Shown piece after piece: positions 12,620-23,500 of a stretch of DNA of 64,000 nt (position 1 is its first letter; every line of letters begins with the position of its first letter). The DNA is from Phoronis australis (taxonomy: Eukaryota; Animalia; Phoronida). The position numbers and the translations under genes were made by a program. The stretch lies in the NCBI GenBank assembly GCA_002633005.1, contig NMRA01000339.1, positions 330,685-394,684 of the forward strand, read 5' to 3'. The notes beneath the pieces are model-generated. The model saw nothing but the letters and a program-made list of their open reading frames with translations, ran no database searches and was not told the origin of the DNA.

Positions 12620-12883
12620 CATGCGCGCACCCAGCCTAAAATATAGGGGGGCTCCAATTACTCTCGTTATGGTGACAAAATCAAGGAGGACTAAAAAACG
12701 GACCACTAGGTTTAGGCCTACGAATTGTGCATCTGCGCCGATTTTAGGTGTTCTTTGTGGACCTTTATGTCGTTTACTCGGACTTTTTTTACTGAGGCAA
12801 ACGTTTTTGCCCAATTCGCCAAATTGGGGAGGGGGGGGGGCTCGTTCGAGCCCCCTGAGCCCCACCCCCCGGGTGCGCCCATG
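12620..12883. mobile_element. MITE with 13-bp TIRs and 5-bp target-site duplication, 37 bp downstream of the acyltransferase stop codon
   Basis: TIRs catgcgcgcaccc / gggtgcgcccatg (one mismatch), flanked on both sides by tatcg (12615-12619, 12884-12888). Confidence 0.75.
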
Positions 12884-13732
12884 TATCGGACATAATTTCG
12901 AGTCCATTTTTAAAAATGAGCAGGGTTATTCACAAGATGTATCTACAGTTAATTAATATGTGGGCTGATTTGGTCACAACGGTTAGTTACCATAGTCCGT
13001 TTTGTTTCAAATGAAAATTATAATATTCAATGATAGAAATAAGCATTCCTTCATCAGCCCTACGGCGATATCACTGAATTTTGTGTGCTCGGTCGCGAGA
13101 AAACGCTTGCACTATGACAACTCTTTTCTTATCTCAAAGGTGTCTTACTTTTGTTTGGGATCTTGTACATGAACCTTCGTAATGACCACTAAATTCGTGA
13201 GATTTTGCCTAAATACAACGGTGTGGCATGAAGATTACGTTCTATGTTTTTCAGAAATTGAATCCGCAGTAAAAACATACATTTGGAGGCAGAAATGTTG
13301 TAACTCCGTGGACATTATTCGACCTTTGTTATAATGGCGTAATTTACGAAGTGGATCCTGGAGTTCTTTTGGTGAAAATTTGAACTGGGTCACGAAGTTC
13401 TGGATGTCACTCAGTCGGAACATACACCCGTAACGTGAGTGCATGCAGCATTTTTACTCCATTGTACCCCATTATATCAACTGCTTAATTAAAAATCAAA
13501 GCAGTTTAATTCAGTTTGGTTATGAATTTTCCGTAATTTCCTAATTCTCATTAAAAATTTGCACGGACCCTGCAAGTGCTGGAGAATGAAAACTTTTTTC
13601 AGCAAGTCTCAGTGACTGCAATAATTATTTCGTCATTAATAGTGCATAACGTGATGTTGCGGTCGCCTGAAGATCGGATGACGTAGCTATGTGTAGAGAC
13701 TGGTTTGCGGCAGTTCAAGATATACCGCTATA

Positions 13733-13888
13733 GGCGGATCCAGGTGGGTTCAAGGGGGCCCGGACCCCCCCTTTTCCCTTGATATTAGTGAAATCAAATC
13801 TAGAATTTACAAATTACTAACTTGGACTTCCCTTTTTAAAAAAGTCCTTGGTCCGACTCCCCCTTTAAAAATCCTGGATCCGCCCCTG
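13733..13888. mobile_element. Short GC-rich MITE
   Basis: TIRs ggcggatccagg (13733-13744) and cctggatccgcc (13873-13884), with internal C-runs. Confidence 0.65.
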
Positions 13889-16415
13889 ACCCCATGATGC
13901 GAATGAAGATTACGGAGGAAAAAGAAGCGAAAGACTTTCAGGAGACTTCAAGCGAAGAGATTTATTTCCACAAACTAGCGGAGTTTTGGCGCGATCACCA
14001 CCACCTTTTGTTAGACAAGTCGTTTACCTGAAAGTGGCCGCTGTGGTGCGCTTAATCAACACCGAAGGCCATGGCTCTTGTGGAGGTGACGTTCGTGCAT
14101 TCCGCCTTGTATTTGACCTCGCATTTACCTACGATATCTCCAATTTGCTAATGATCACCACTCTTATGGAAAATATGGACGCAAATGCTAGCATGAAGAC
14201 CAAAGATTTTGAACTAACGAACGTTTCTCGGTAATTCTAACATTTCATAGAGTTTAGTCATTACGGCGGGCCGTTGATCCCAACTTAATTGTTCGATTCT
14301 ATAGCTCAGCAACAAGTTGGGAAGATGACCCCAGTAGCTAATATCTTACAAACCCTGATTTACTCCATTCTGGCATTTACGGTTGGTGGGCCAGCTCTCT
14401 TTTGTTCTATAATTGCTCTAATCTCCAATAAGATCGTGTCTAGCCTGACGGCTGTGCTGTTAAAAAGAAAAGTTAAGTTATAACATATTTGAACATAAAT
14501 CAGTAGCATTTCTGAATTCTTCGTCAAATGTTGATCATGTTTAGTTTTTGAATCGCCAAAATCGCCCAACTACAACTGAAGTTACGACTGTCTATTCTTT
14601 CCGAACGCTCTGGGTTGACTGTGTTCATACGTGGTCTGTAATAAGCCTGCCCGTTGTCGTACCAGGGAAACGAATGTGCTTGGCACTTAACAAAGAAGCT
14701 AGATGTTACCACACGCTCACAACCCTCTACGTCTTCGAATGGGAGAACGCCGTCATGTGAGAAGCAAGTGAGTGATGCATTTTCAAGAAGAAAATAATCA
14801 ACTTTCAACGAAATGCCATCTTAGTGGTCTAAACACGTTCGAGGGTCTTTGACGCTGTTTACTGTAGTTGTCAATTTGTTGAATTCTCCCGTAATAAAAA
14901 AGCGTAACGAAAACAATAAAGAGTGCCACAGTTTATGCTAATTGTCAGGGTCCCCTCTGACTGGCTTCTCAACATATAGTGTAACTCATCCCAGAACTAA
15001 GAAAGAAGTAAAAGTCATCTATTGTCCGAGCTGAGGATCCCTGGTCGGGCCGGTGGAGCCTTCTGTGCGTTAGAGAGGTTTCTACCTTTTTGGTATTCTG
15101 TGATCTTTCAATTTTGAAAATCACTACAATGGGCGCGTCGTCACCCACACTCCCGATCGTCACCAACTTCGCCCCGTCCCCTCCATCGCCACTCATTGTC
15201 CAATTTTTTTCTTGCTTGCCCGAATCTGGGGCAATTGCCACCCCCGCCCGCCCACTCCGGAAAAAAAAGGCGTCTATTCTTGTACATATATGTACAACTT
15301 AACTAAAACGGGTTGTGTTTCTAATGTGGATCGGAGGCTCTGCAACTGCACAGAGAGCAAATTTTACTTATAATAATAATATTATATGATATGACACGAT
15401 CGAATGCCCAATAGTTGTTCCTGACTTAGACTAGTACATTGTCTCTAAAGCCATTTTCAGCCGATTCTTAGCTTCAATAATATTTCTACCGAGTCGCGAG
15501 ACATCACCACTAAGGGTTTTCCATCTGTCAGTGCAACAGATTTTTTTTAAAAATGTTTATACAAACTTCCGAAAAATCCAACTTCAGTCACTGAAAGATG
15601 AGCAAGGTTTGTAAACTACCTATTTTCTATGGTAAACTGTGGTCCAACGAGAGTCCATAGTTTTTGGCTTATTTATCTTTTCATTTTTATTTTATATTGC
15701 TTTGGAAACGGCCGGTTGTGAAAACACAAAGGACACAGGCATAAACTGGTTAAACTGTTAGAAAATGAAATAAGGACAGTAAGAAAGGCCAAGAACATCA
15801 TTTCAGGTCCTTAGCAAACTCCACGTTTAAGGACAGGAAAACAGTGTCATGTTCCTACCCAAGTCTGGGGTTGCAGGCAAACCCCGCTCAATGAAACTTT
15901 TCATAGGTTTAAAAGCCTTTGGTTTTTAATGAGATTTTGTGGACATATACTTCAAAAACTACTGTAAAAGAAGATCAGGACTAGTATTGAGAATAAATCA
16001 CAATTAATAGTATACAATTTTATTGTTCAACAAAAGAGAAGTCCAACCGCCTACATCAGGCCACTGTTGATCTTTGTTGGTTCAATCATATACTCAGGTG
16101 ATGACAAGGAAGTTCATTTACAGTGGATTACCAGAAGCAAAACGAACCATGCCATGAAAAACGTGTCCATAAATGACATCTGATTTCATACACTTGGATA
16201 TTGACACTAATTAAATAACACTCAACACATCAAGCAGTACATACACTGGATCATCCGAGTATTCCCAGAGTATTCCCAGAAACCGATGCAGCAGCAGATT
16301 CAGTACTAGGTGCAATATATTCAACACAACCGAGTTACTCCATAAATTATCTCTAGTACAACAGATGCAGTCTTTCAATACAAACTAACTCGGCCCACTC
16401 GTAGGACATAGGTAT

Positions 16416-19400
16416 CTACTTCGGTATCACGAAATCTTTGTCCAGCACGGGCTTCGAATGGAGGTAGAAAAGATTTTCTTTATAACACTGGAAGAGAAAG
16501 GAATTGCATGAAGAGCTGGAAAGTGACTGATCCACTCCCTCAAAAATGAAGACATATGGTTGGCAGTGAAGGCAATCAGTACAAAGACTTCGCTGGCTGA
16601 CTTCATCCTAAGCCTTGAACTGACTACTTGGCAGCAAAGTAAAACCTCACTAATTTCGGTCAAAAAAATAATTGCTAAAATTCACGTTTTTCATTTTCAA
16701 GGACTTCTAACATTGTTCTGATTGAAAGCTCGAAGTTTCTCAAAACACTGACAGATGGTAGCTATGGTAATAAAACTTAGATACAACCAACGAACCATTC
16801 AGTGGGCTCTGTAAACCTTTCATGGAAAATGAGAAAATAAAATTTCACTTGTCGGCCATATTGTGTCCAAAATTGGCGAGACTTTACTGTAACACCAAAT
16901 GCAAGCAGTGAAAATGTTATCAATGGATTCAAAGAACATTCCGTCTATAGAAGCCTACTATAACTACACAAAGACTATTTACTTTAAGCAATGGACCTAA
17001 GTGAAACCTCAATCGAATGCAAATTGAGCTACATTACAACAACCCTCCAGGGATACAATCGTTACCAGGAAACTTCCAGAATATTTCTAAGTGTTTGCTG
17101 AACTGAATCGACACGTAAACAATTACAGCTGGCTAGGTACTTGTGGAGTGCAATGCTAAAAGTGAGCAAACATTGTTTACTGAGTTCACTGAAAAAGGGC
17201 TCGACTGCATGATTGTTGAAATTCTTGGAAAGTCGTAAATGGTCAGAGATTGCCATGTCAAATGAGAATGCAGATTTATACAACATATTCAGTAAATGTT
17301 TCAGACTGCGAAATGTAACTAAACAGCAAAAGAGTGCAAACATATTGCAAACCGCATCGTGGACACATTTGCTTTTTTTCATAGTGAAGGTCACGAGTAC
17401 TTTGTCTTCATATTTAATGTGGATGTAACAACACTACTTCAGATTAAGTGAACTTCTTCAAGCATTAACATTACGCCTAAAATCTGTTGGTTTTATATTT
17501 ACACCATCCTCTAGCCTATTTACATTGGCGTGATGTTTTGGCCTTCATTTCACATTGGCACGTGTTTCAAATGGCCAGTGAAATGAAGGCCAAAACATTA
17601 TGCCAAAGTAAATAGGCTAGAGGTTGGTGTAAATGTAAAACCGAGAGATTTTAGACATAGTGTTAATGCTTGAATCCTTTCACTTATGAAGCAATTAGAT
17701 CAAGATATTTTAGACAAGATATTGGTACATAAACACCTTAAAGCGGAAATTATGATTCGAGTGTGTTTCATTTCACCGATGAAGCATTTGCTTTGCTAGA
17801 TAAGAATACTTATAAGATAGCCAGATTTTGCCCTTTGATAAATGCGAGGGTGATATATCAAATGGCACTCCTTTGTCATGATTACAGTTTTTTACGAGCC
17901 ATGTTTTCTTTCTCATCTACATGATGCCTTAATTAAAAACAACCTTCTTTTCTCACTAGCAAGGTGTACAAAAGAAGCCAACAGCACAATCTCGACCAAA
18001 CGGAATTTCATAAACACAAAGACATTTGGTTAATATTTCCCTTATTTACAACAGAAGCGTGTTCAACAGAGTGAGCGCCCGCTAGCGTGTACTCGCGAAC
18101 ACAAGGAACAGCTCCTGAACAGCTGTGCGATCCAGTATGGCGACTCTGAAGCAGATTGTGTTGAACGTCTTAGCCGATGAGCTTAACACTAACAGTCCTC
18201 CCTATAGTGTACTGAGCGATAAATATGATTAATCTTTGCCAATAATTACTAATATCGGCAGCCCAAGACAACAACCGTGAAGGCTTTGGAACGACAAGAA
18301 TCGAAAATTATATCGAGGAAACTGTTCCTCGCTACAGCGACCCGCAATTTAAGTCACAGTTTCGGATGAGTCGGTCAACTTTTGAGGTTAGGTTTCGGGT
18401 TGCAGAACCATAATGGGTTCATATGTTGCAGACGTGAAGCCTTCGCAGGACGCCATCTTGGAAATCTAAGCGAACATGCTCTCGAGGTTGTTCGCGAGTG
18501 CTCGTGAGCGTTAACGTGAACACAGCTGTTCAGGAGGAGGGCGCTCAAATCGCTCGCGGGCGCTCACTCTATTGAACACGCTTCAGATTTTTGCTTTTGA
18601 TTTCCTTTTATAATTCTTGATAAAGGTAAGATGAATAGCAAAAAAATTTATAAACTTCTACTAACTGTAGTGATCTATCAACATCATGGATCATTTGAGT
18701 ACAGGAAAAGAATTGTGGCACAGAATGATTTCGGAATGCTTGTGTGGGGCAGTGGTCATTTAAATGTACTGAGCCCCTAGATTTTGAGAACCAGTGTGAC
18801 ACCTAATAGTTGGAGGAGAAAACTGGTTCTCAAAATTCAAGATCCCTTAAAGTGACTATTGCCTAGTGCAGTTTGAGAGATGTGGCTGGCTGAACAATAA
18901 ATATTGCGAAACTGAATAATAGTGGTAATAATAGTGTCCCTGCTTCTCATTATATTTGCAAAACATAACCATACCACAGCTACTGTGGTCAGGAACAATG
19001 CCAACCCAGCACCGAGGATCATGTTGCCTTGGGCAACCCTCGCCTTGTATGCCTCTTCCCATGATCCTTCAGGAACTGGCATGAAGTCCATGTGTGACTT
19101 GTTCTCCATGTCGATTTCCTTATATGTCTTCCAGTGAGCTGGAGTATGTCCACCCATGCATGGCACGGCTGTCTGAGGACCTGAGGGAAAATACAAACCA
19201 TGTGGTCAGACACGATGTTGACACACCAAAGGTTATATGAACAAGAGGCAGACCAATAGGTCTTCCTTATGTAAGATGAGATTCTAATGGAGGCATTTCT
19301 ACACGCACTGTCTGTTGGTTTCCGACAACATACATGGATTCTGATGTACTTCAAGTTGATGGGATGTAGGCAATGACCATCGCCTCTGTTGGCCCGAACC

Positions 19401-20424
19401 AGAGGCGATGTAGAGGCTTTAGGCGCTCTGTACGCCGGAAGCTTTTCGGCGAATTATGCCTCGCACCGACTAAACCATCAAAGTCACGTTGTTACAAATA
19501 CCTTTTGCGCATAGAGGAACACCTTAGGAGGTTGTCGATGTGTTTAATTCCTTCCAACTCGAACAAATACTCCCGTNNNNNNNNNNNNNNNNNNNNNNNN
19601 NNNNNNNNNNNNNNNNNNNNNNNNNNNNNNNNNNNNNNNNNNNNNNNNNNNNNNNNNNNNNNNNNNNNNNNNNNNNNNNNNNNNNNNNNNNNNNNNNNNN
19701 NNNNNNNNNNNNNNNNNNNNNNNNNNNNNNNNNNNNNNNNNNNNNNNNNNNNNNNNNNNNNNNNNNNNNNNNNNNNNNNNNNNNNNNNAAATTCGAAAAC
19801 ATCTTCTGAAAACGCACAAAAAAGTGTATTAGTAAAATCTACTGATTTTTAAGTGGTTTTAAAAAACAATCGGTAAACTCACCGATTTTTGTCTCATTAC
19901 TTTGATACGTGTCTCTTCCGATAAGTTAGTACCTAACGTGCAGACGAGAACTCCAAATTGGAACGCTAAGTCCCGCGTGGTTGCGCTGCACGCGAAACAA
20001 GATGGCGGACGAACTTTGGAGCCTGACGAAAATAGGTAACCGGACGATACTTCAAGTTGATGGGATGTTGCATGCAGCCTGAGTTTAACTTGTGGTGAAA
20101 TTCAATTTTATAAAATATTAAGCCAGTGTTATCCACACCCTGTTTTGACTCGTCACTGCATCGAGTTTCAGTTTTGTTGAGAAGAGGTTGGAAACTGGCA
20201 CTGGTCGGATACAGCAGTCGCTGATTTAGAGAACCAGTTTCATCCGCTAACTTGGCCAAGACTAAGTAACGGGCCTGTCATTAAGTGACTGCCTGGTTCT
20301 CTAAATCCGGGACCGCTACATCCGACCAGTGCCCATGGTGTCTAATTTGCCTGAAAAATGAATTTTTACACTTACGAATCGCTAAAACGCTCCGTCTCAA
20401 CACAGGTGCAATTTTTGTCAACAT
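16416..20424 (-). CDS. Deltamethrin-resistance prag01-domain protein (invertebrate cytochrome c oxidase subunit 7B-like), 108 aa, 3 exons
   Basis: Exons 20424-20376, 19180-18975 and 16487-16416 have matching phases and give MLTKIAPVLRRSVLAIRPQTAVPCMGGHTPAHWKTYKEIDMENKSHMDFMPVPEGSWEEAYKARVAQGNMILGAGLALFLTTVAVCYKENLFYLHSKPVLDKDFVIPK*. Features: basic presequence-like N-terminus, PVPEGSW motif, one TM helix. Minus-strand AATAAA at ~16018-16023. Confidence 0.8.
17446..17686. mobile_element. Fold-back (palindromic) element, ~240 bp
   Basis: ttcaagcattaaca..taaaatct..tttacacca.cctctagcctattta..ttttggccttcatttcac is mirrored by gtgaaatgaaggccaaaa..taaataggctagagg.tggtgtaaa..agattta..tgttaatgcttgaa. 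Confidence 0.75.
18055..18583 (+). mobile_element. Non-autonomous PIF/Harbinger deletion derivative
   Basis: TIRs aagcgtgttcaa.agagtgagcgcccgc / gcgggcgctcactct.ttgaacacgctt; 3-bp CAG TSD (18052-54, 18584-86); internal remnant IENYIEETVPRYSDPQFKSQFRMSRSTFE (18300-18386) resembles a Harbinger transposase N-terminus. Confidence 0.8.
19370..19576. mobile_element. Left arm of the fold-back family seen complete at 49631-50064, truncated by an assembly gap
   Basis: gaattatgcctc..taaaccatcaaagtc..cttttgcgcatagagg..attccttccaactcgaacaaatactcc is shared with 49685-49795. Confidence 0.7.
19577..19788. other. Assembly gap
   Basis: Run of N. Confidence 1.
20197..20336. mobile_element. Short MITE in intron 1 of the COX7B-like gene
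   Basis: ggcactggtcggat..gatttagagaaccag is inverted as ctggttctctaaatc..atccgaccagtgcc; a related arm lies at ~48171-48211. Confidence 0.7.
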
Positions 20425-20581
20425 TTTTAGTTCGTGAGAAACCCGACTTCGAAAATGGCGTTAACCGGAAACACTGCACAGTATCTAGTAATCTAAAATC
20501 CGATTGGATAGAAACTGCAAAAGCGCCACCGTATGTCGATAAAAAGTACCAGTATGTGCATTTCCTTCAAAACAAGAATAA
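20425..20581. promoter_or_regulatory. Bidirectional promoter between the COX7B-like gene and VPS36
   Basis: Divergent ATGs are only 157 bp apart. The interval contains aaaatggcg (YY1-like, ~20452) and accggaa (ETS-like, ~20464). Confidence 0.7.
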
Positions 20582-23500
20582 ATGGACAGGTTTAGCTGGT
20601 GTGATGGCCAACTTCATAGCGAAGAAATATTCATTACTAGACAAGCTGGAGTGCGTCTGTATGACGGTGATGATAAGGTAGTATGCCCAAGAGATAGTTT
20701 GTTGTCAAGTTAAATCGGTTGTCGTACTTGAAATCGAATGCAGTTAGCAGCTTGGGCTACATAGTCACTCGGTCTCAGTCATACAGTTGTCTATGTCATC
20801 CCATCAATACTTATTTACAGACAGGTTACGTTCATACATAGGCTCCCCATACGCCAGAAGTTTTTCGGCGAATTGTGCCTCACCATATCGGTGTACTAGC
20901 CTATGGCTAACCTTGGTACAAAGCTGTATACAGCTGTATTTTGACAACAGTCATCATACAACTAGCTGGCTGGCTAGCCTATGGCTAATTTTTTTCTCGT
21001 TGTTCGACAAACCGGCTATAAATAAAATGACTTGACTTGATGATTAAGAGACAAATGTTATGACTGTTATATAATAGTTATAAAAAGCTTTTGCACTGCT
21101 GGGACACATTAGTAGGCCACTGATGTCTTAAAACTTTTCTCAGAGTGAATAAATACACATGCTGTGAATAATTCGCTTACTAGGAAAACACGCATTTCTA
21201 AAGAAATGCTGAATATTCATCACTGCTCATTCAGCCTTCTGAGTTATGTCTTTCACCTGGATCAAAGATAGTGCTTGTCAATTAAGATGAACCCAAGTTA
21301 CCATTTTTACTAGTAGTTATTTTGTAATATCTAAAATGTCATCAAACATATACTTTCAACATTTCAGGCTCTAACTCAAATGTCAGAGAAAACCAATTAT
21401 TTGGGTACAATAACAACCACCACTGTTGAGAATATAGTGCTAGCAATTACCATTACTCTTCTTTAGCTTAATAAAAAGGCTGTGCTGAATAGGCATTGTA
21501 AAAGTTGTCTGAGGGCAAAGGGAATCTCAGCAGTGACCTGTGTCAGCGAGAAAATCTCCACATGAATCAAACTGCTGTCTCTGTTATCATTTTTAATGTT
21601 AAATAGTGAAAAATGAACCACTTTGGAACACAATTTCAATAATTTTGGCAGTGGTCTAAAAGCAGAAAAAAGTTATTGCTTTTCAAATATGGCTCAATAT
21701 TTCCAAACTTGGTGCAGCTATATGTATGTTTGAATTCATGTAGGAAGAACACTGAAATTGTTACTTAATTCCCTTTACATTTGCACATTGTTTAGCTACC
21801 AAAAATGAAAAGGCCACAGCAGTCTCCTAGTATTCATTACTTTGAAGTGATTTGATTTCCACAAGAACTTGGTATACTCTCAGTGACTCAAGAAATCACT
21901 TCAGATTTGATTGTGGTTGGCCAATCCTAAATTTGCAAATTCAAAAATGGATCATGAGATGATCTTGGTGTTGTTTAAAATCTTTTAAAAAGTGCTTTGA
22001 TTAGGAACAAGTAGGGACAGCTACTTGCAATTCCCGTTTAAATGATTGCTCTGTAGCTTCTTTTTTTGTTTCAGACTGCCTTTGACCGGGGCGAGGTGAT
22101 GCTTACATCTCACAGACTACTGTGGAGGGATCATGGTGATCAGGTGTGTAACTGTGATGCTGGTCACAGCTTTGTGGCTTTGGCAGGGAAAATTTTGTGT
22201 TGTGGAATAGACACTCACTAGGTGTGCTAAATATGAAAAATTCTTTAATTATAGGATGAGGAGTAAATTTGTTCACGAGCGTGGGCTGGGTGTTTGTGAG
22301 ATTTGTGTCTCCGTGACTTGATGTGTTTGCGCATACAAACTCAGTATAATTGTTTCCCTGACTCCACCTTATGAATTTTGGTTCTTTGTTTAGTTGAAAA
22401 TAAACAAGTTAGTCCAGTTCTTGGTCCGCTGTTTATTCACTGGAAAACTATTTGTGATTTTCATGGTCAAAAAGTCGAGACTAGATTTTAAATTGGAAAT
22501 TTGTCTCCCCTCATTCTTTGTCAAGGTTAGAATAAGATTTCCAGTAATGCAGTTTGTAATCAAATTGAACAAGGACATACGTACTTCACATGACCTAATT
22601 AATGTACAAGTCCAATAAGATTTCTGTCTTGACCAGGACTTGAACTCGGACCTTCTGAAATCTGTGCATACACTCTAAAAAGATCTATGTTGAAGCCCCT
22701 GTCGGGACTGAAACATTGTCATATTAATCATCAAGACTGTGTGATGTGACCATGTTGACTCTGATGAGGGCTATATGCAGGGCCTGTTATATCATTCACT
22801 AGACGAGAATTTCAGCACAGGTACTCCCATATCATATGTATACAGGACGCATCACTCAGGACGACGACTTATCACGATCGATTCCCCCCATAAAGGGGTG
22901 TTTTTCTAAGAAAATTCTCTATGGAAGGAAGCCTTTTCTAACAGAATTTCCTACAAATATGACCCCTTTGGGAATTCAAAGCTTTACACAAAGTCATTTT
23001 TGCAACTACACAAATCTGCAGAGGAGTTTTTAAATGTAATTCTCAAAAGTTTCATTTCAAAAGTTTTACTCATTTTGGCAACATGCATCTCCTGTTTAAG
23101 GTTTTGAGCTTTAAAGTTCATTGATGGTGGGTCCCCCTTGTGACCACCCTGGTGGTCACCACTGTATTGCCACACAACTGGATGTTTGTAGTCAGAGTTT
23201 GTCAATTAAAACCAGACAGCCAGGGTTCTCACATACTCTGTATCTGCTGGCAAGTATCTCTCGGGAAACTCTTGGATATGATCATAATATGTATTTGTTA
23301 TTTTCAGATGTGTGTTTTGGAGCTGCACATCTCTTCCATTGTGTTTGTGGAGGTGGAGCCAGCTGGCTTTGGCCGCAGTGGCAAAATCGTCTTACATCTT
23401 AACATGCCCTCCCCAGACAGGAAACCCGGTCCTGTCACATCAAGTCAGTGTAACTTCATGAAGCTAGCATTCAAAGATGGTGGACAGGTGGAGGTATTGG

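Noticed and set aside
13986-14483. Possible small membrane-protein gene (hydrophobic LIYSILAFTVGGPALFCSIIALIS, faintly dispanin-like)
   Set aside because: The candidate donor at ~14231 and acceptor at ~14303 are phase-incompatible in the open frames, and no convincing downstream exon was found; unresolved without RNA data.
19373-19852. ORFs of 89-159 aa across the first gap (also 57783-58034)
   Set aside because: Artefacts of translating through N runs.
20002-20040. aagATGGCGGAC..ATAG|gtaac as an alternative first coding exon
   Set aside because: VPS36 already has its conserved MDRF start at 20582, and this exon would end in phase 1, incompatible with exon 2; more likely a YY1-type motif.
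22625-22680. tRNA gene (B-box-like gttcaagtcc on the minus strand; similar motifs near 7555 and 44628)
   Set aside because: No cloverleaf could be folded; at most decayed tRNA-derived SINE heads.
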